Below are positions 28,277-37,546 of a DNA stretch of 64,000 bases, one piece after another. The stretch is from Alphaproteobacteria bacterium (GTDB lineage Bacteria > Pseudomonadota > Alphaproteobacteria > UBA2966 > CAIVPW01), in assembly GCA_947481575.1 (NCBI GenBank), contig CANKGV010000004.1:5487-69486 (forward strand), read 5' to 3'. Below the pieces are notes generated by a model. The model had not been told where the DNA came from, did not search any database, and saw only the letters and a list, made by a program, of their open reading frames with translations. Numbering within the stretch: position 1 is the first letter of the stretch; the number at the start of each line of letters is the position of its first letter. A program made the translations under genes and the position numbers.

Positions 28277-29524
28277 ATGTGGTGGGGCGAGCGGGGCTGG
28301 ACCACCATAGGTCGAGGGGCGAACGCTCAACCGGATTCGAGGATCGTGGCCGCCGCTTCCCGACTGGTCACGCTACTGCTGGGGTTGCTGCTGACGGCCA
28401 GTGTTGCGGCCGGCGCCGGTACTACGCCCACTGTTACCGGTGTCCGCATCGGGGACCAGGGAGGTGCGACCCGGTTTGTCCTCGACCTCACCGCCGACGT
28501 TAAGTTCTCGGTATTCGCGCTCGACCAGCCATACCGCTTGGTTATCGACCTGCCGCCGGTCGATTGGCAGATCACCAAGGCCGACGAAGGACGCAAGTTC
28601 GGCGTAATCCAGCAGTTCCGGTACGGCCGGTACGACGAAAAGACTTCGCGCCTGGTGCTGGACCTGTCCGGGCCGGTGGAGATCGCCAAGACGTTCGTGT
28701 TGCCGCCGGACGGGCCGTTCAAGTACCGCCTGGTCGTGGACGTGAAACCGATACGCGCAGAAGCATTCGTGCGCACGCCGCCGCCGGCGGTCGCGTTTGC
28801 TGCGCCGTCAGCACTGAAGACCGTACCGTCAAAGCCCGCAGGCAAGCCGGTGATCGTGCTCGACCCGGGTCACGGGGGCGTTGATCCCGGCACCATCGGT
28901 CTGAGCGGCGTCAAGGAGAAGGACATCACCCTGGCCGTGGCGCGCGAACTGCGCACGGCGCTGGAAGCCACCGGCAAGTACACCGTGATCCTGACACGCG
29001 ATGGCGACACGTTCGTGGCGCTGAATCAGCGCGTAGCGAAGTCGGAGGCGGCGGCGGCATCGCTGTTCATCTCGCTTCACGCGGACTCGATCGCGACGTC
29101 CCAGATCACGGGTGCCAGTGTCTATACCCTGTCGAAGACGGCATCGGACGCCGCGGCGGATGCACTGGCGGCGCGCGAGAACCGGGCGGACGCGGCCGGT
29201 GGCCTGCCGATCGGCGACCAGCCGACGGACGTAGCGGCGATCCTGATCAGCCTACTGCAGGGCGAGACGATGAAGTTCTCGGCGTCGTTTGCCAGCTTGC
29301 TGGTGCCGGAGTTAAGCAAGTCGTGGCACGTGCTGCCGACGGCGCACCGCTTTGCCGGATTTGCGGTGCTGAAGGCCCCCGAAGTGCCGTCGGTGTTGAT
29401 CGAGCTGGGGTATTTGTCCAACTCGACGGACGAGCGGGCACTGACCCGGGCCGATGGCCGCAAGCCGGTGATCGACGCTATCGCACGGGCGGTGAAGCAG
29501 TTTTTCGACCAGCACCCGGTGTAG
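28277..29524 (+). CDS. amiC: N-acetylmuramoyl-L-alanine amidase with N-terminal AMIN domain (AmiC-like)
   Basis: Amidase_3 motifs VIVLDPGHGG, LFISLHAD, LIELGYLSN. Confidence 0.85.
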   Translation: MWWGERGWTTIGRGANAQPDSRIVAAASRLVTLLLGLLLTASVAAGAGTTPTVTGVRIGDQGGATRFVLDLTADVKFSVFALDQPYRLVIDLPPVDWQITKADEGRKFGVIQQFRYGRYDEKTSRLVLDLSGPVEIAKTFVLPPDGPFKYRLVVDVKPIRAEAFVRTPPPAVAFAAPSALKTVPSKPAGKPVIVLDPGHGGVDPGTIGLSGVKEKDITLAVARELRTALEATGKYTVILTRDGDTFVALNQRVAKSEAAAASLFISLHADSIATSQITGASVYTLSKTASDAAADALAARENRADAAGGLPIGDQPTDVAAILISLLQGETMKFSASFASLLVPELSKSWHVLPTAHRFAGFAVLKAPEVPSVLIELGYLSNSTDERALTRADGRKPVIDAIARAVKQFFDQHPV

Positions 29525-29582
29525 GGCCGGGCGGCCGGGTCACATTTCAGTCATATTGTTGCGCAAGGTTGCCGGCGGGCTC

Positions 29583-29598
29583 GGGGGACGAGTCCCCC
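29583..29598. repeat. GC hairpin GGGGGACGAGTCCCCC, motif shared with 25177-25190
   Basis: Same GACGAGTCCCCCC string occurs in the trx-like/rne convergent gap; palindromic. Confidence 0.35.
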
Positions 29599-29633
29599 CC
29601 TAGACGGCCGCGTTGGCCACGCACCTGGGACAC

Positions 29634-32033
29634 ATGATCCGTTTCATTGCTTGGATGTTCGGCATTCTGACCGTGGCGGCGCTGGCCGGCGCCGGCGGCG
29701 TTCTGTTTGTGTTTTACCAATTCGGCCGGGACCTTCCGGCGTACTCCCAGCTTGCGGTGTACGAGCCGCCGACCACGTCCCGCATTTATGCCGGCGACGG
29801 CCGGTTGCTGACCGAATACGCCAAGGAACCGCGCGTATTCGTGCCGATCGCCGCGATCCCCCAGCGGGTGATCGACGCGGTGTTGTCGGCGGAAGACCAG
29901 AATTTCTATTCGCACCCCGGTGTGGACGTGACCGCAGTCGTGCGCGCTGTGCTGTTCGACGCGTTGCACTGGGGTGAACGGCGGCCGATCGGCGCGTCCA
30001 CCATCACCCAGCAGGTCGCCAAGCTGCCGGGACTTTCGTTGCTCGGGACCGAGGTCACGCCATCGCGCAAGATCAAGGAAATGATCTTGTCGTTCCGCAT
30101 CGAGAAAGCGCTGTCGAAGGACCGTATTCTCGAAATCTACTTGAACGAAATCTACCTCGGCTTTGGCTCCTACGGCGTGGCCCAGGCCGCGCTGAACTAC
30201 TTCAACAAGCCGCTCGACGAACTGTCGATTGCCGAGGTCGCCTATTTGGCCGCCCTGCCCAAGGGGCCGACCAACTATCACCCGATCCGCCATCCGGACG
30301 CAGCCAAGGAGCGCCGCGATTGGGTGGTCGGCCGCATGCTGGAAACCGGCAAGGTAACGCGCGCCGAAGCCGAGATGGCGCAGGCGACGCCGTTCCAGAT
30401 CAATCCGCGCGCAGAGACCCCGGTCTATTCGGCGGAATACTTCACCGAGGAAGTGCGCCGTGAGTTGGCGCAGCGGTTCGGATCGAAGGACCTGTACGGC
30501 GGTGGTCTTTCGGTGCGCACGACGCTTGACCCGCGGTTGCAGGACATCGCCACCAAGGTCCTACGGGTCGGATTGGAAGACTACGATCGCCGTCATGGCT
30601 GGCGCGGTCCGGTCACGCGTATCGAGCATCCGGAAGTGGATTGGCAACGCCGCCTGATGGCGACGCCGGTGCCGACCCAACTGGGTGACGATCGCCGCGT
30701 CGCGCTGGTGCTGGCGGTGGCCGACGACCGCGCCGAGATCGGCTTCAGCAGTGGGTCGCGCGGCATCATCTTGATGAAGGACATGGCTTGGGCGCGGAAA
30801 TGGCGCGAGGGCCAGCGGGTCGGCGTTGCGCCGAAAAAGGCGACTGATGTGCTGACCATCGGCGACGTGATCGCCGTGGAAGCGCTGCCGCAGCAGGGAA
30901 ATTTCGCCTTGCGCCAGATTCCCAACGTGGACGGCGCCCTCGTGGCGCTCGACCCCCACACTGGCCGCGTGCTGGCAATGGTCGGCGGCTACAGCTACGC
31001 CACCAGCCAGTTCAATCGCGCCACCCAGGCGATGCGTCAGCCGGGGTCGGCATTCAAGCCGTTCGTGTACATGGCCGGCCTCGACCACGGTTTCACGCCG
31101 GCTAGCCTAGTGTTGGACGCGCCGTTCGTGCTGGACCAAGGCCCGGGTCTGGGCAAGTGGAAGCCCGCCAACTATTCGCAGACGTTCTACGGCCCGAGCA
31201 CGCTGCGGCTGGGTATCGAAAAGTCGCGCAACCTGATGACGGTGCGGCTGGCGCAGTACGTGGGCATGGATACCGTCGGCAGCTATGCCAAGCGCTTTGG
31301 CGTTGTGGACCAGTTGCCGCCGCTGTTGTCGATGGCGCTGGGTTCGAGCGAGACGACACTGATGCGCCTGACTGCCGCGTACGCCGAGATCGTGAACGGC
31401 GGCAAGGCAATCACGCCGACCTTGATCGACCGCGTACAGGATCGCAACGGCAAGACGATTTTCCGACACGATGCGCGGCCGTGCGTGAACTGCGCCAACG
31501 TTAAGTGGTTCAACCAGGGCGTGCCGCAGGTACCGGATAACCGCGCCCAGATCGTCGACACCGTCACTGCCTATCAGATGACCTCGATGCTGGAGGGCGT
31601 GGTGCAGCGCGGCACCGGCCGTACGGTCGCTTCCGTCGGCAAGCCGCTGGCCGGCAAGACCGGAACCACGGACGACGCCAAGGACAACTGGTTCGTGGGC
31701 TTTGCCCCGGACTTGGCGGTTGGCGTTTACGTGGGCTTCGACAGCCCACGCACCCTGGGCGGCGATGAGCAAGGTGCGACTACGGCGGCGCCGATCTTCC
31801 GTGATTTCATGGCCCAGGCATTGAAGGGCAGGCCGACCATACCGTTCCGCATCCCTGCGGGCGTCCGCCTGGTCCGGATCAACGCCGAGACCGGCAAGCC
31901 GGCGGCGCCGGGCGATAAGGAAGTGATTCTGGAGGCATTCAAGCCCGGCACCGAACCGACCGCTGCCGACGCGCTGGTGCTGGATTATGGCTTCGTGCCG
32001 TTCGATGGAGCGCAGACCCGCGGTCTGTACTAG
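29634..32033 (+). CDS. mrcA: penicillin-binding protein 1A (bifunctional transglycosylase/transpeptidase)
   Basis: GT motifs EDQNFYSHPG and RKIKEMIL; TP motifs SAFKP, SYN, KTGT. Confidence 0.92.
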   Translation: MIRFIAWMFGILTVAALAGAGGVLFVFYQFGRDLPAYSQLAVYEPPTTSRIYAGDGRLLTEYAKEPRVFVPIAAIPQRVIDAVLSAEDQNFYSHPGVDVTAVVRAVLFDALHWGERRPIGASTITQQVAKLPGLSLLGTEVTPSRKIKEMILSFRIEKALSKDRILEIYLNEIYLGFGSYGVAQAALNYFNKPLDELSIAEVAYLAALPKGPTNYHPIRHPDAAKERRDWVVGRMLETGKVTRAEAEMAQATPFQINPRAETPVYSAEYFTEEVRRELAQRFGSKDLYGGGLSVRTTLDPRLQDIATKVLRVGLEDYDRRHGWRGPVTRIEHPEVDWQRRLMATPVPTQLGDDRRVALVLAVADDRAEIGFSSGSRGIILMKDMAWARKWREGQRVGVAPKKATDVLTIGDVIAVEALPQQGNFALRQIPNVDGALVALDPHTGRVLAMVGGYSYATSQFNRATQAMRQPGSAFKPFVYMAGLDHGFTPASLVLDAPFVLDQGPGLGKWKPANYSQTFYGPSTLRLGIEKSRNLMTVRLAQYVGMDTVGSYAKRFGVVDQLPPLLSMALGSSETTLMRLTAAYAEIVNGGKAITPTLIDRVQDRNGKTIFRHDARPCVNCANVKWFNQGVPQVPDNRAQIVDTVTAYQMTSMLEGVVQRGTGRTVASVGKPLAGKTGTTDDAKDNWFVGFAPDLAVGVYVGFDSPRTLGGDEQGATTAAPIFRDFMAQALKGRPTIPFRIPAGVRLVRINAETGKPAAPGDKEVILEAFKPGTEPTAADALVLDYGFVPFDGAQTRGLY

Positions 32034-32066
32034 TCCGGCCCAGGCCGGTTCGGCTACAAGACGCCG

Positions 32067-33189
32067 ATGCGCACCGAAGCAGAACAGATCGCCAAGGAAA
32101 TCCGCGACTCGATCGCGCTCCTGAGGAGGCGTCTTTGACCCCGACGCTGCGCGCAAGCGCCTCGGCGAGCTGAACGCTGCCGTAGAGGCTCCCGGCTTCT
32201 GGAACGACACGGCGCGCGCCCAAGCGGCGATGCGCGACCGGAATCGCGTCGAACTCCTGATCAAGAACTTCGAGGGCCTGGAACGGGAGTTCCGGGACGC
32301 GGTCGAACTTGTCGAGATGGCGGAAGGCGAGGGCGACGAGTCGGTCGTGACCGACGCCATCGCCGATTTGAGCAAGCTGCGCGAGCGCGCCGAGCGTCAG
32401 CGGGTGGAAAGCCTGCTGTCGGGCGAAGCGGACGGCAACGACGCGTATCTAGAAGTGCATGCGGGCGCTGGCGGTACCGAGTCCCAGGACTGGGGCCAGA
32501 TGCTGCTGCGCATGTATGTGCGGTGGGCCGAGCGCAACGGCTTCAAGGTTCTGTGGGAACAGGAGACCCCCGGCGAAGAAGCCGGGATCAAGTCTGCGAC
32601 CGTGAAGATCACCGGTCCCAATGCCTACGGCTGGCTCAAGACCGAGAGCGGTGTGCACCGCTTGGTGCGCATTTCTCCGTTCGACTCGGCGGCGCGCCGC
32701 CACACTAGCTTTGCCAGTGCGTGGGTATACCCGGTGGTGGACGACAATATCGAGGTCGACATCCAGGAAGCCGACCTGCGCATCGATACCTATCGCGCGT
32801 CGGGAGCCGGCGGCCAGCACGTGAACCGGACCGACAGTGCAGTGCGCATCACCCATGGTCCCACCGGGATCGTGGTGCAGTGCCAGTCGGACCGCTCGCA
32901 GCACAAGAACAAGGCTGCGGCGATGAGCATGCTGAAGGCGCGCCTCTATCAGCTGGAGCTCGACAAGCGCGACGCGGTGCGCCAAGCCGCGCACGACTCC
33001 AAGACCGATATTGGCTGGGGTCACCAGATCCGGTCCTACGTGCTGCAGCCCTACCAGATGGTGAAGGACCTGCGCACGGGGGTGGAAAAGGGCAACGCCC
33101 AAGGCGTGCTCGACGGCGATATCAACGACTTCCTGAACGCATCGCTCGCGGCCGCCGTCGGGCCGGACCGGTCCACCGCTACCGCGTAG
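32067..33189 (+). CDS. prfB: peptide chain release factor 2 with programmed +1 ribosomal frameshift (frame 0 32067-32135, frame +1 32137-33189)
   Basis: AGGAGG CGT CTT TGA C at 32124-32139; downstream frame encodes [16 protein letters not shown] and SPF motifs. Confidence 0.9.
32124..32139 (+). promoter_or_regulatory. prfB: prfB autoregulatory frameshift site (internal SD-like AGGAGG + CUU UGA C)
   Basis: Directly seen; canonical RF2 frameshift cassette. Confidence 0.85.
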
Positions 33190-33436
33190 TTCGCGGCGGC
33201 GGCGCGGCGCCGGCACGACTCGGCCGCGGTGTTTGGAATACTGCGTTGACCACGCGGAAGCACGACGGCGCTGCCGAATTCGTCTGGTGCCAGATTTCTG
33301 CACCGCAATCCGGACAGGCCAGGCGGACGCGCTGTGCGGGCGGATCGTCATCGGCACCTTCGAGGCCGCAGCGTGCGCAACCGCACGCGGCGGCGCCTAC
33401 CGCAACGGATTGGTGACTCAGTTCAGCGCGCGCCAT
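33179..33436 (-). CDS. candidate small zinc-ribbon protein
   Basis: GGAGG 5 nt before the ATG; CxCx2C...Cx2C (ACGCARC...CPDC); GC3 is lower than in neighbouring genes, so coding status is uncertain. Confidence 0.25.
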   Translation of the reverse strand: MARAELSHQSVAVGAAACGCARCGLEGADDDPPAQRVRLACPDCGAEIWHQTNSAAPSCFRVVNAVFQTPRPSRAGAAPPPRTTR

Positions 33437-33524
33437 GGGAACCTCCGCAAGTGGACCGTGCGGGGGTCGCGAACGCCGGCGGCAACGCCGATGCGAGAAT
33501 ACGGCTCATTGGAGTACGCGCCCT

Positions 33525-34379
33525 CTATGTGCGGGTGGGGGAATTGGGGCCGAATGCCGCCAGGACGTGATCCAGCGGTTGCAGGCCGTTTGCCCGGATC
33601 GTGGCGACGATGTCGTTCACGTAGGAGCGGCGTTCGGAGTACTTGGTGAGGGTGGCCGCCAGGGGGATGCCGGCTACCGCGCCTTCGCGTTCCCGCAGGC
33701 CGGCGCGCACATCGCGGAATCCGGCGTAGGCCGGGTTCGTGTTCAGGTTCAGCGTGTAGCGTTCCACCGACTCGTACAGCGATGAAAAGGCGCGCACCCG
33801 CACGGCCGCTTCGCGCGCCATCATGTTGGCGATGCGTTCGCTCCATACCCGCTCCCCGAACAGAGCGTTGCCTTCGGCGGCGAAGCGCGAGGTACCCCAA
33901 CCCGACTCGATGGCCGCCTGAGCGACCGCCAGCGACGGGGGAATGACGTCGACCTTGGCGTGCAGTGTCTCGATGTTCTGTGCGTCGCCGCCGTAGTGGC
34001 CGGCGAGATCGTCGAGCCAGATCGCCGAACCGGTATCGAGGGCGCAGCCCTGCCCTAGGTGTTCGCGTACGGCGACCAACCGGGCCCGGTCCCGCAGGAT
34101 GGCTGCGTCGACTGCCATGACGATTGGCGTAACGGCGGCGATGAATGCGGCCTTGCGCTCGGTGGGATCGAGGTCGCCGAGCGCGTCGAGGCTGGCGGTC
34201 TCCCAGCCGCGATCCGGCTCCCAGACGACGTAGACAGCGTGGGCCGTCACGGGGACGGAGGCGCACACGTTGGTAAACGTCAGTCCGAGAGGCGGGTTGG
34301 TGGCTGCTCCGGGAAACGTGCAAGCGGCCATCGCGAGGAATCCGGCAAGCAACGTGGACAGGGCGTGAACATTCGTCAT
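33525..34379 (-). CDS. glucosaminidase-domain protein (Bax/FlgJ-like muramidase family)
   Basis: ATG at 34379 (MTNVHAL); signal peptide; AIESGWGTSRFAAEGNALFG motif of mannosyl-glycoprotein endo-beta-N-acetylglucosaminidase-like domains. Confidence 0.7.
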   Translation of the reverse strand: MTNVHALSTLLAGFLAMAACTFPGAATNPPLGLTFTNVCASVPVTAHAVYVVWEPDRGWETASLDALGDLDPTERKAAFIAAVTPIVMAVDAAILRDRARLVAVREHLGQGCALDTGSAIWLDDLAGHYGGDAQNIETLHAKVDVIPPSLAVAQAAIESGWGTSRFAAEGNALFGERVWSERIANMMAREAAVRVRAFSSLYESVERYTLNLNTNPAYAGFRDVRAGLREREGAVAGIPLAATLTKYSERRSYVNDIVATIRANGLQPLDHVLAAFGPNSPTRT

Positions 34380-34737
34380 CGTCTGCTCTCCCGGGGTTAG
34401 GGTGCGCACGGATGAGTGCAGTCCAGCGCCGCCTACAGGTAGCCACCCCCTTGTGGCCGTGCCGGGGGCAAGCTGTGACAAAGTTGTGGCGGATACGATG
34501 GCGAGATGCGGATCGGGACATGGCCGATCGGCGGCAGGGGCACGGCGGGCCTCGCGCGCTGGTCCGGCGTGCGGACGGCGTCGCTTAGGTGTGGGGGCAG
34601 CAACCGCAGCAGGGGCGGCTATCGTCGGTGCGCGCTGTGCCGGTTGGGGACCGCAGCGATCGTGCGTTCTACCGCCAGCACACGGTGGTGCGCATCACCA
34701 AGCCAGGACGCGGCGACCGCCGAATTGGGTCCGGTGT

Positions 34738-34755
34738 GCGGCCCGCGCGGGCCGC
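34738..34755. terminator. perfect 18-nt GC palindrome GCGGCCCGCGCGGGCCGC just downstream of the bactofilin stop
   Basis: Directly seen; candidate intrinsic terminator without a U-tract. Confidence 0.35.
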
Positions 34756-34764
34756 AACGGCGGG

Positions 34765-35259
34765 TTAGCCCGCTGCTACGAGACCCTTGCCCTCGGCCAC
34801 GACTTTGGGGCCCTGGGCGCGGTGCTCGGCCATCTTCGCCTCGGCCGCTTCCTTGCGCGCGCGTTCCTTGGCGTCATCGTCGAGGCGGCGCAACTGGCCC
34901 TCGATATGGGCACCCGCTTCGATCGCCAGGACTTCGTGCAGGATGTCGCCAATGACCTTGGCGGTCTTGGCCAGCTTCACCGAGCGCGCAGAGATTTTGC
35001 CGGAGATCTGGCCGTGTACGACGATGTCGTCGGCCACCAATTCGCCGGAAATACGGGCGTGGCTGCCGATGGTGAGGGCCTGGGCGGTAACGTCACCATC
35101 GATGACGCCATCGACCTGGATCTCGCCTTCGGTCTTGAGGTTGCCGACGATGTGCAAGTTGGCACTGATGATCGATGGCGCGCCGCGGGCCCCTGCGGGG
35201 ACCGGTGACGGCCGAGGAGCTTCCGCAGCCACTTTCTTAGTCTCCGTTCTTGTAAACAT
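34765..35259 (-). CDS. bacA: bactofilin (DUF583) polymer-forming cytoskeletal protein
   Basis: Repeating beta-helical pattern VDGVIDGDV...ISGELVADDIVVHGQISGKISA. Confidence 0.8.
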   Translation of the reverse strand: MFTRTETKKVAAEAPRPSPVPAGARGAPSIISANLHIVGNLKTEGEIQVDGVIDGDVTAQALTIGSHARISGELVADDIVVHGQISGKISARSVKLAKTAKVIGDILHEVLAIEAGAHIEGQLRRLDDDAKERARKEAAEAKMAEHRAQGPKVVAEGKGLVAAG

Positions 35260-36874
35260 AGCGACCCGCTTTCACGAACTTTGCAGGATCCTGCAAATTG
35301 CCGTTGAACAGTACTTCGTAGTGCACATGGGAGCCAGTGGACCTGCCGCTGCTTCCGACCAAGCCAACGTCCTGACGGAAGGCGACCTGCTGGCCCCTCT
35401 TCAGCGGCGTCGACAACAGGTGACCATAGCGGGTCACCATGCCAAAGCCGTGGTCGATTTCGACCATGAGGCCGTAGGAGCCCCAGTAGCCGACTCGCGT
35501 GACCCGGCCCGGGGCCGGCGCGCGGATTTGGGTTTTGATCGGCGCGGCGAGGTCGACTCCTTCGTGGAACGCGGCCTGGCCAGTAAACGGATCCTTGCGC
35601 GCCCCAAAGGCCGACGACACCGAGAACTCATCGATCGGCGCGATCAAGGGAATGCGGCTCAACGCGTGCTGCAGCGTCGCCCAACGGTCCAGTTGCTGTT
35701 CGGTGTTGGCCACCGCCTCGTAGAACGGGTCAGCGCCGATGTCGAGCGCAGCCACCTGCCGGCCGGCGAAGGTCGCAAACCCAATCGGCACCAACGGACC
35801 GCCAATCGCCGGACCGCCATCGGGATCGGCGTTTGCCAAGAGTTGCTCTAGGTCGAGGCCGGTTTCTTTGATCACGGCTTCGACTTGGTTCACGCCGGCA
35901 GTGGCCCGATCGTTGAGCCGGGCGACCAACTCGCCCTGGGATGCCTTCACGTCGGTCAGGCGGAACTGCAGTTCATCGGCAAGCTTGGCCATGAAGTCGC
36001 GCGAGCGCATGGCCTCCTCGCGCTGCACGCCCATGGCGATCGCTTGGTCCTCGGCCTTGGCAAGATTGGCCAGCATCTCCGTGGTGTGATCCGTGGCCTT
36101 GTTGACCCGGGCGTTGAGGTCGGCGACCTGCTTGCCGAGGTCGGCGTTGCGGGCCAGAGCATCGTCGTGCTCCCGCGTCGCCAGAGCCAACTGCCCGCGC
36201 GCATCGGCAAGGGCGGCCTCGGCACGCCGTTCGGCCTCGGCCGCAGCCAATCTTGCACCGGTGGCGTCGTCGAACTGCCGGGTCACAGCGGTGTGGGCTG
36301 CCTGGGCGATGTCGCGTTCTTTGATGGCGTTGCGACCTAAAGCATCGGCCGCTGCGAGCGCTTGGGTGAGCGTTCGATTGGCGGTCGCTGCGGCCGTCAT
36401 CTCGGTCTGCAGCGACGCGACTTGGCGCTGGAGTTCATTGGTGCGCGCCTGCGCGGTGTCGCGCAGACCGGTTGCCGTGTCTAGGGCGCCATGGAGTTCG
36501 CCGAGCTGGCCTTCCAGCCGGGTGCGGTAGGCGACGAGGTCCACTAGCTGCTGGTGTTGCGACTCAATCTGTCCGGTGATCGTCAGAATTTGGCGCTGCG
36601 CGTCATAGGAGCGTTGCGCCAGCACGTCGTAGGCCAGCGTTACTTCGCGGATGCGGGTGTTCTTGGCGTCGATGATTTGGTTGCGCAGAAGGACTTCTGC
36701 GCTGGTGAACAGCATCCAGCCGACCAATGCTAGAGCCGTGCAGCAAACCGCGATTTGCGCGGTCTTGCCGAGGGTAACGAAGCGGACTACGCCCTCGCTG
36801 CGGTAATAGAACTGACGTTCGGGAAAAAGGTGGTCGAGGGTCTCCCGCACACGCTGACGGGCGTCGCCGTCCAT
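35237..36874 (-). CDS. bitopic M23 (LytM) metallopeptidase with long coiled-coil (LmdC-like bactofilin partner)
   Basis: Cytoplasmic N-terminus, one TM (IAVCCTALALVGWMLF), about 300 aa coiled coil, C-terminal M23 motifs HEGVDLAAP and GSHVHYEV. Confidence 0.8.
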   Translation of the reverse strand: MDGDARQRVRETLDHLFPERQFYYRSEGVVRFVTLGKTAQIAVCCTALALVGWMLFTSAEVLLRNQIIDAKNTRIREVTLAYDVLAQRSYDAQRQILTITGQIESQHQQLVDLVAYRTRLEGQLGELHGALDTATGLRDTAQARTNELQRQVASLQTEMTAAATANRTLTQALAAADALGRNAIKERDIAQAAHTAVTRQFDDATGARLAAAEAERRAEAALADARGQLALATREHDDALARNADLGKQVADLNARVNKATDHTTEMLANLAKAEDQAIAMGVQREEAMRSRDFMAKLADELQFRLTDVKASQGELVARLNDRATAGVNQVEAVIKETGLDLEQLLANADPDGGPAIGGPLVPIGFATFAGRQVAALDIGADPFYEAVANTEQQLDRWATLQHALSRIPLIAPIDEFSVSSAFGARKDPFTGQAAFHEGVDLAAPIKTQIRAPAPGRVTRVGYWGSYGLMVEIDHGFGMVTRYGHLLSTPLKRGQQVAFRQDVGLVGSSGRSTGSHVHYEVLFNGNLQDPAKFVKAGRYVYKNGD

Positions 36875-37062
36875 GCCTCCCCCTTTGGTTCCTGGAACCG
36901 GCAAGCGCGCCCGCGCCCGCAGGGTCTCAACTTGCGTTGGACCCATCCGTCAGCACTACCGGGTTCGCCGGGGGTTGGCAACAACGGGAATCACCGAATC
37001 ACACCATTATCCACAAGATAGTGATGGGTTAACGGCCGTCCGGAATTGGTTGCGCGGCGCCG

Positions 37063-37536
37063 CTAGCCGAGCGCCTTTGCGGCTTCGAGAACCTCTTCGA
37101 CGTGGCCGTCGACGCTGACCTTGCGCCACGCCTTGCGGATCACGCCCTTACCGTCGATCAGGTAGGTGGCGCGCTCGATGCCCATCGACTTGTTGCCATA
37201 CATGTTCTTCTCGACCCACACGCCATAGGCGCCCACCACCTTGCCGTCTTCATCGGCGGCGAGGGTGTGCGACAGCGTGTATTTTTCACGGAACTTGGCA
37301 TGGGAAGCGCACGAGTCTTTCGACACACCGATCACGGTCACGCCCAGTTTTTCGAACTTCGGCAGTGCACCGGTGAACGCGATGGCTTCCTTAGTGCAAC
37401 CCGGGGTGTCGTCCCTCGGGTAAAAGTACACAACGACGAGCTTGCCCTTGAGCTTGGCTAAGCTGACGGTGTCGCCGGCATCGGTTTCCATCTTGAAGTC
37501 CGGGGCGCGATCCCCTTCTTGCGGTCCAGCAGCCAT
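37063..37536 (-). CDS. bcp: peroxiredoxin Bcp (thioredoxin-dependent thiol peroxidase)
   Basis: FYPRDDTPGCTKEA peroxidatic-Cys motif; ATG at 37536. Confidence 0.85.
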   Translation of the reverse strand: MAAGPQEGDRAPDFKMETDAGDTVSLAKLKGKLVVVYFYPRDDTPGCTKEAIAFTGALPKFEKLGVTVIGVSKDSCASHAKFREKYTLSHTLAADEDGKVVGAYGVWVEKNMYGNKSMGIERATYLIDGKGVIRKAWRKVSVDGHVEEVLEAAKALG

Positions 37537-37546
37537 GGCGGTCTCC

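Noticed and set aside
33418-34521. 367-aa Arg-rich ORF overlapping the Bax-like gene
   Set aside because: Alternative frame of the glucosaminidase gene with extreme Arg content
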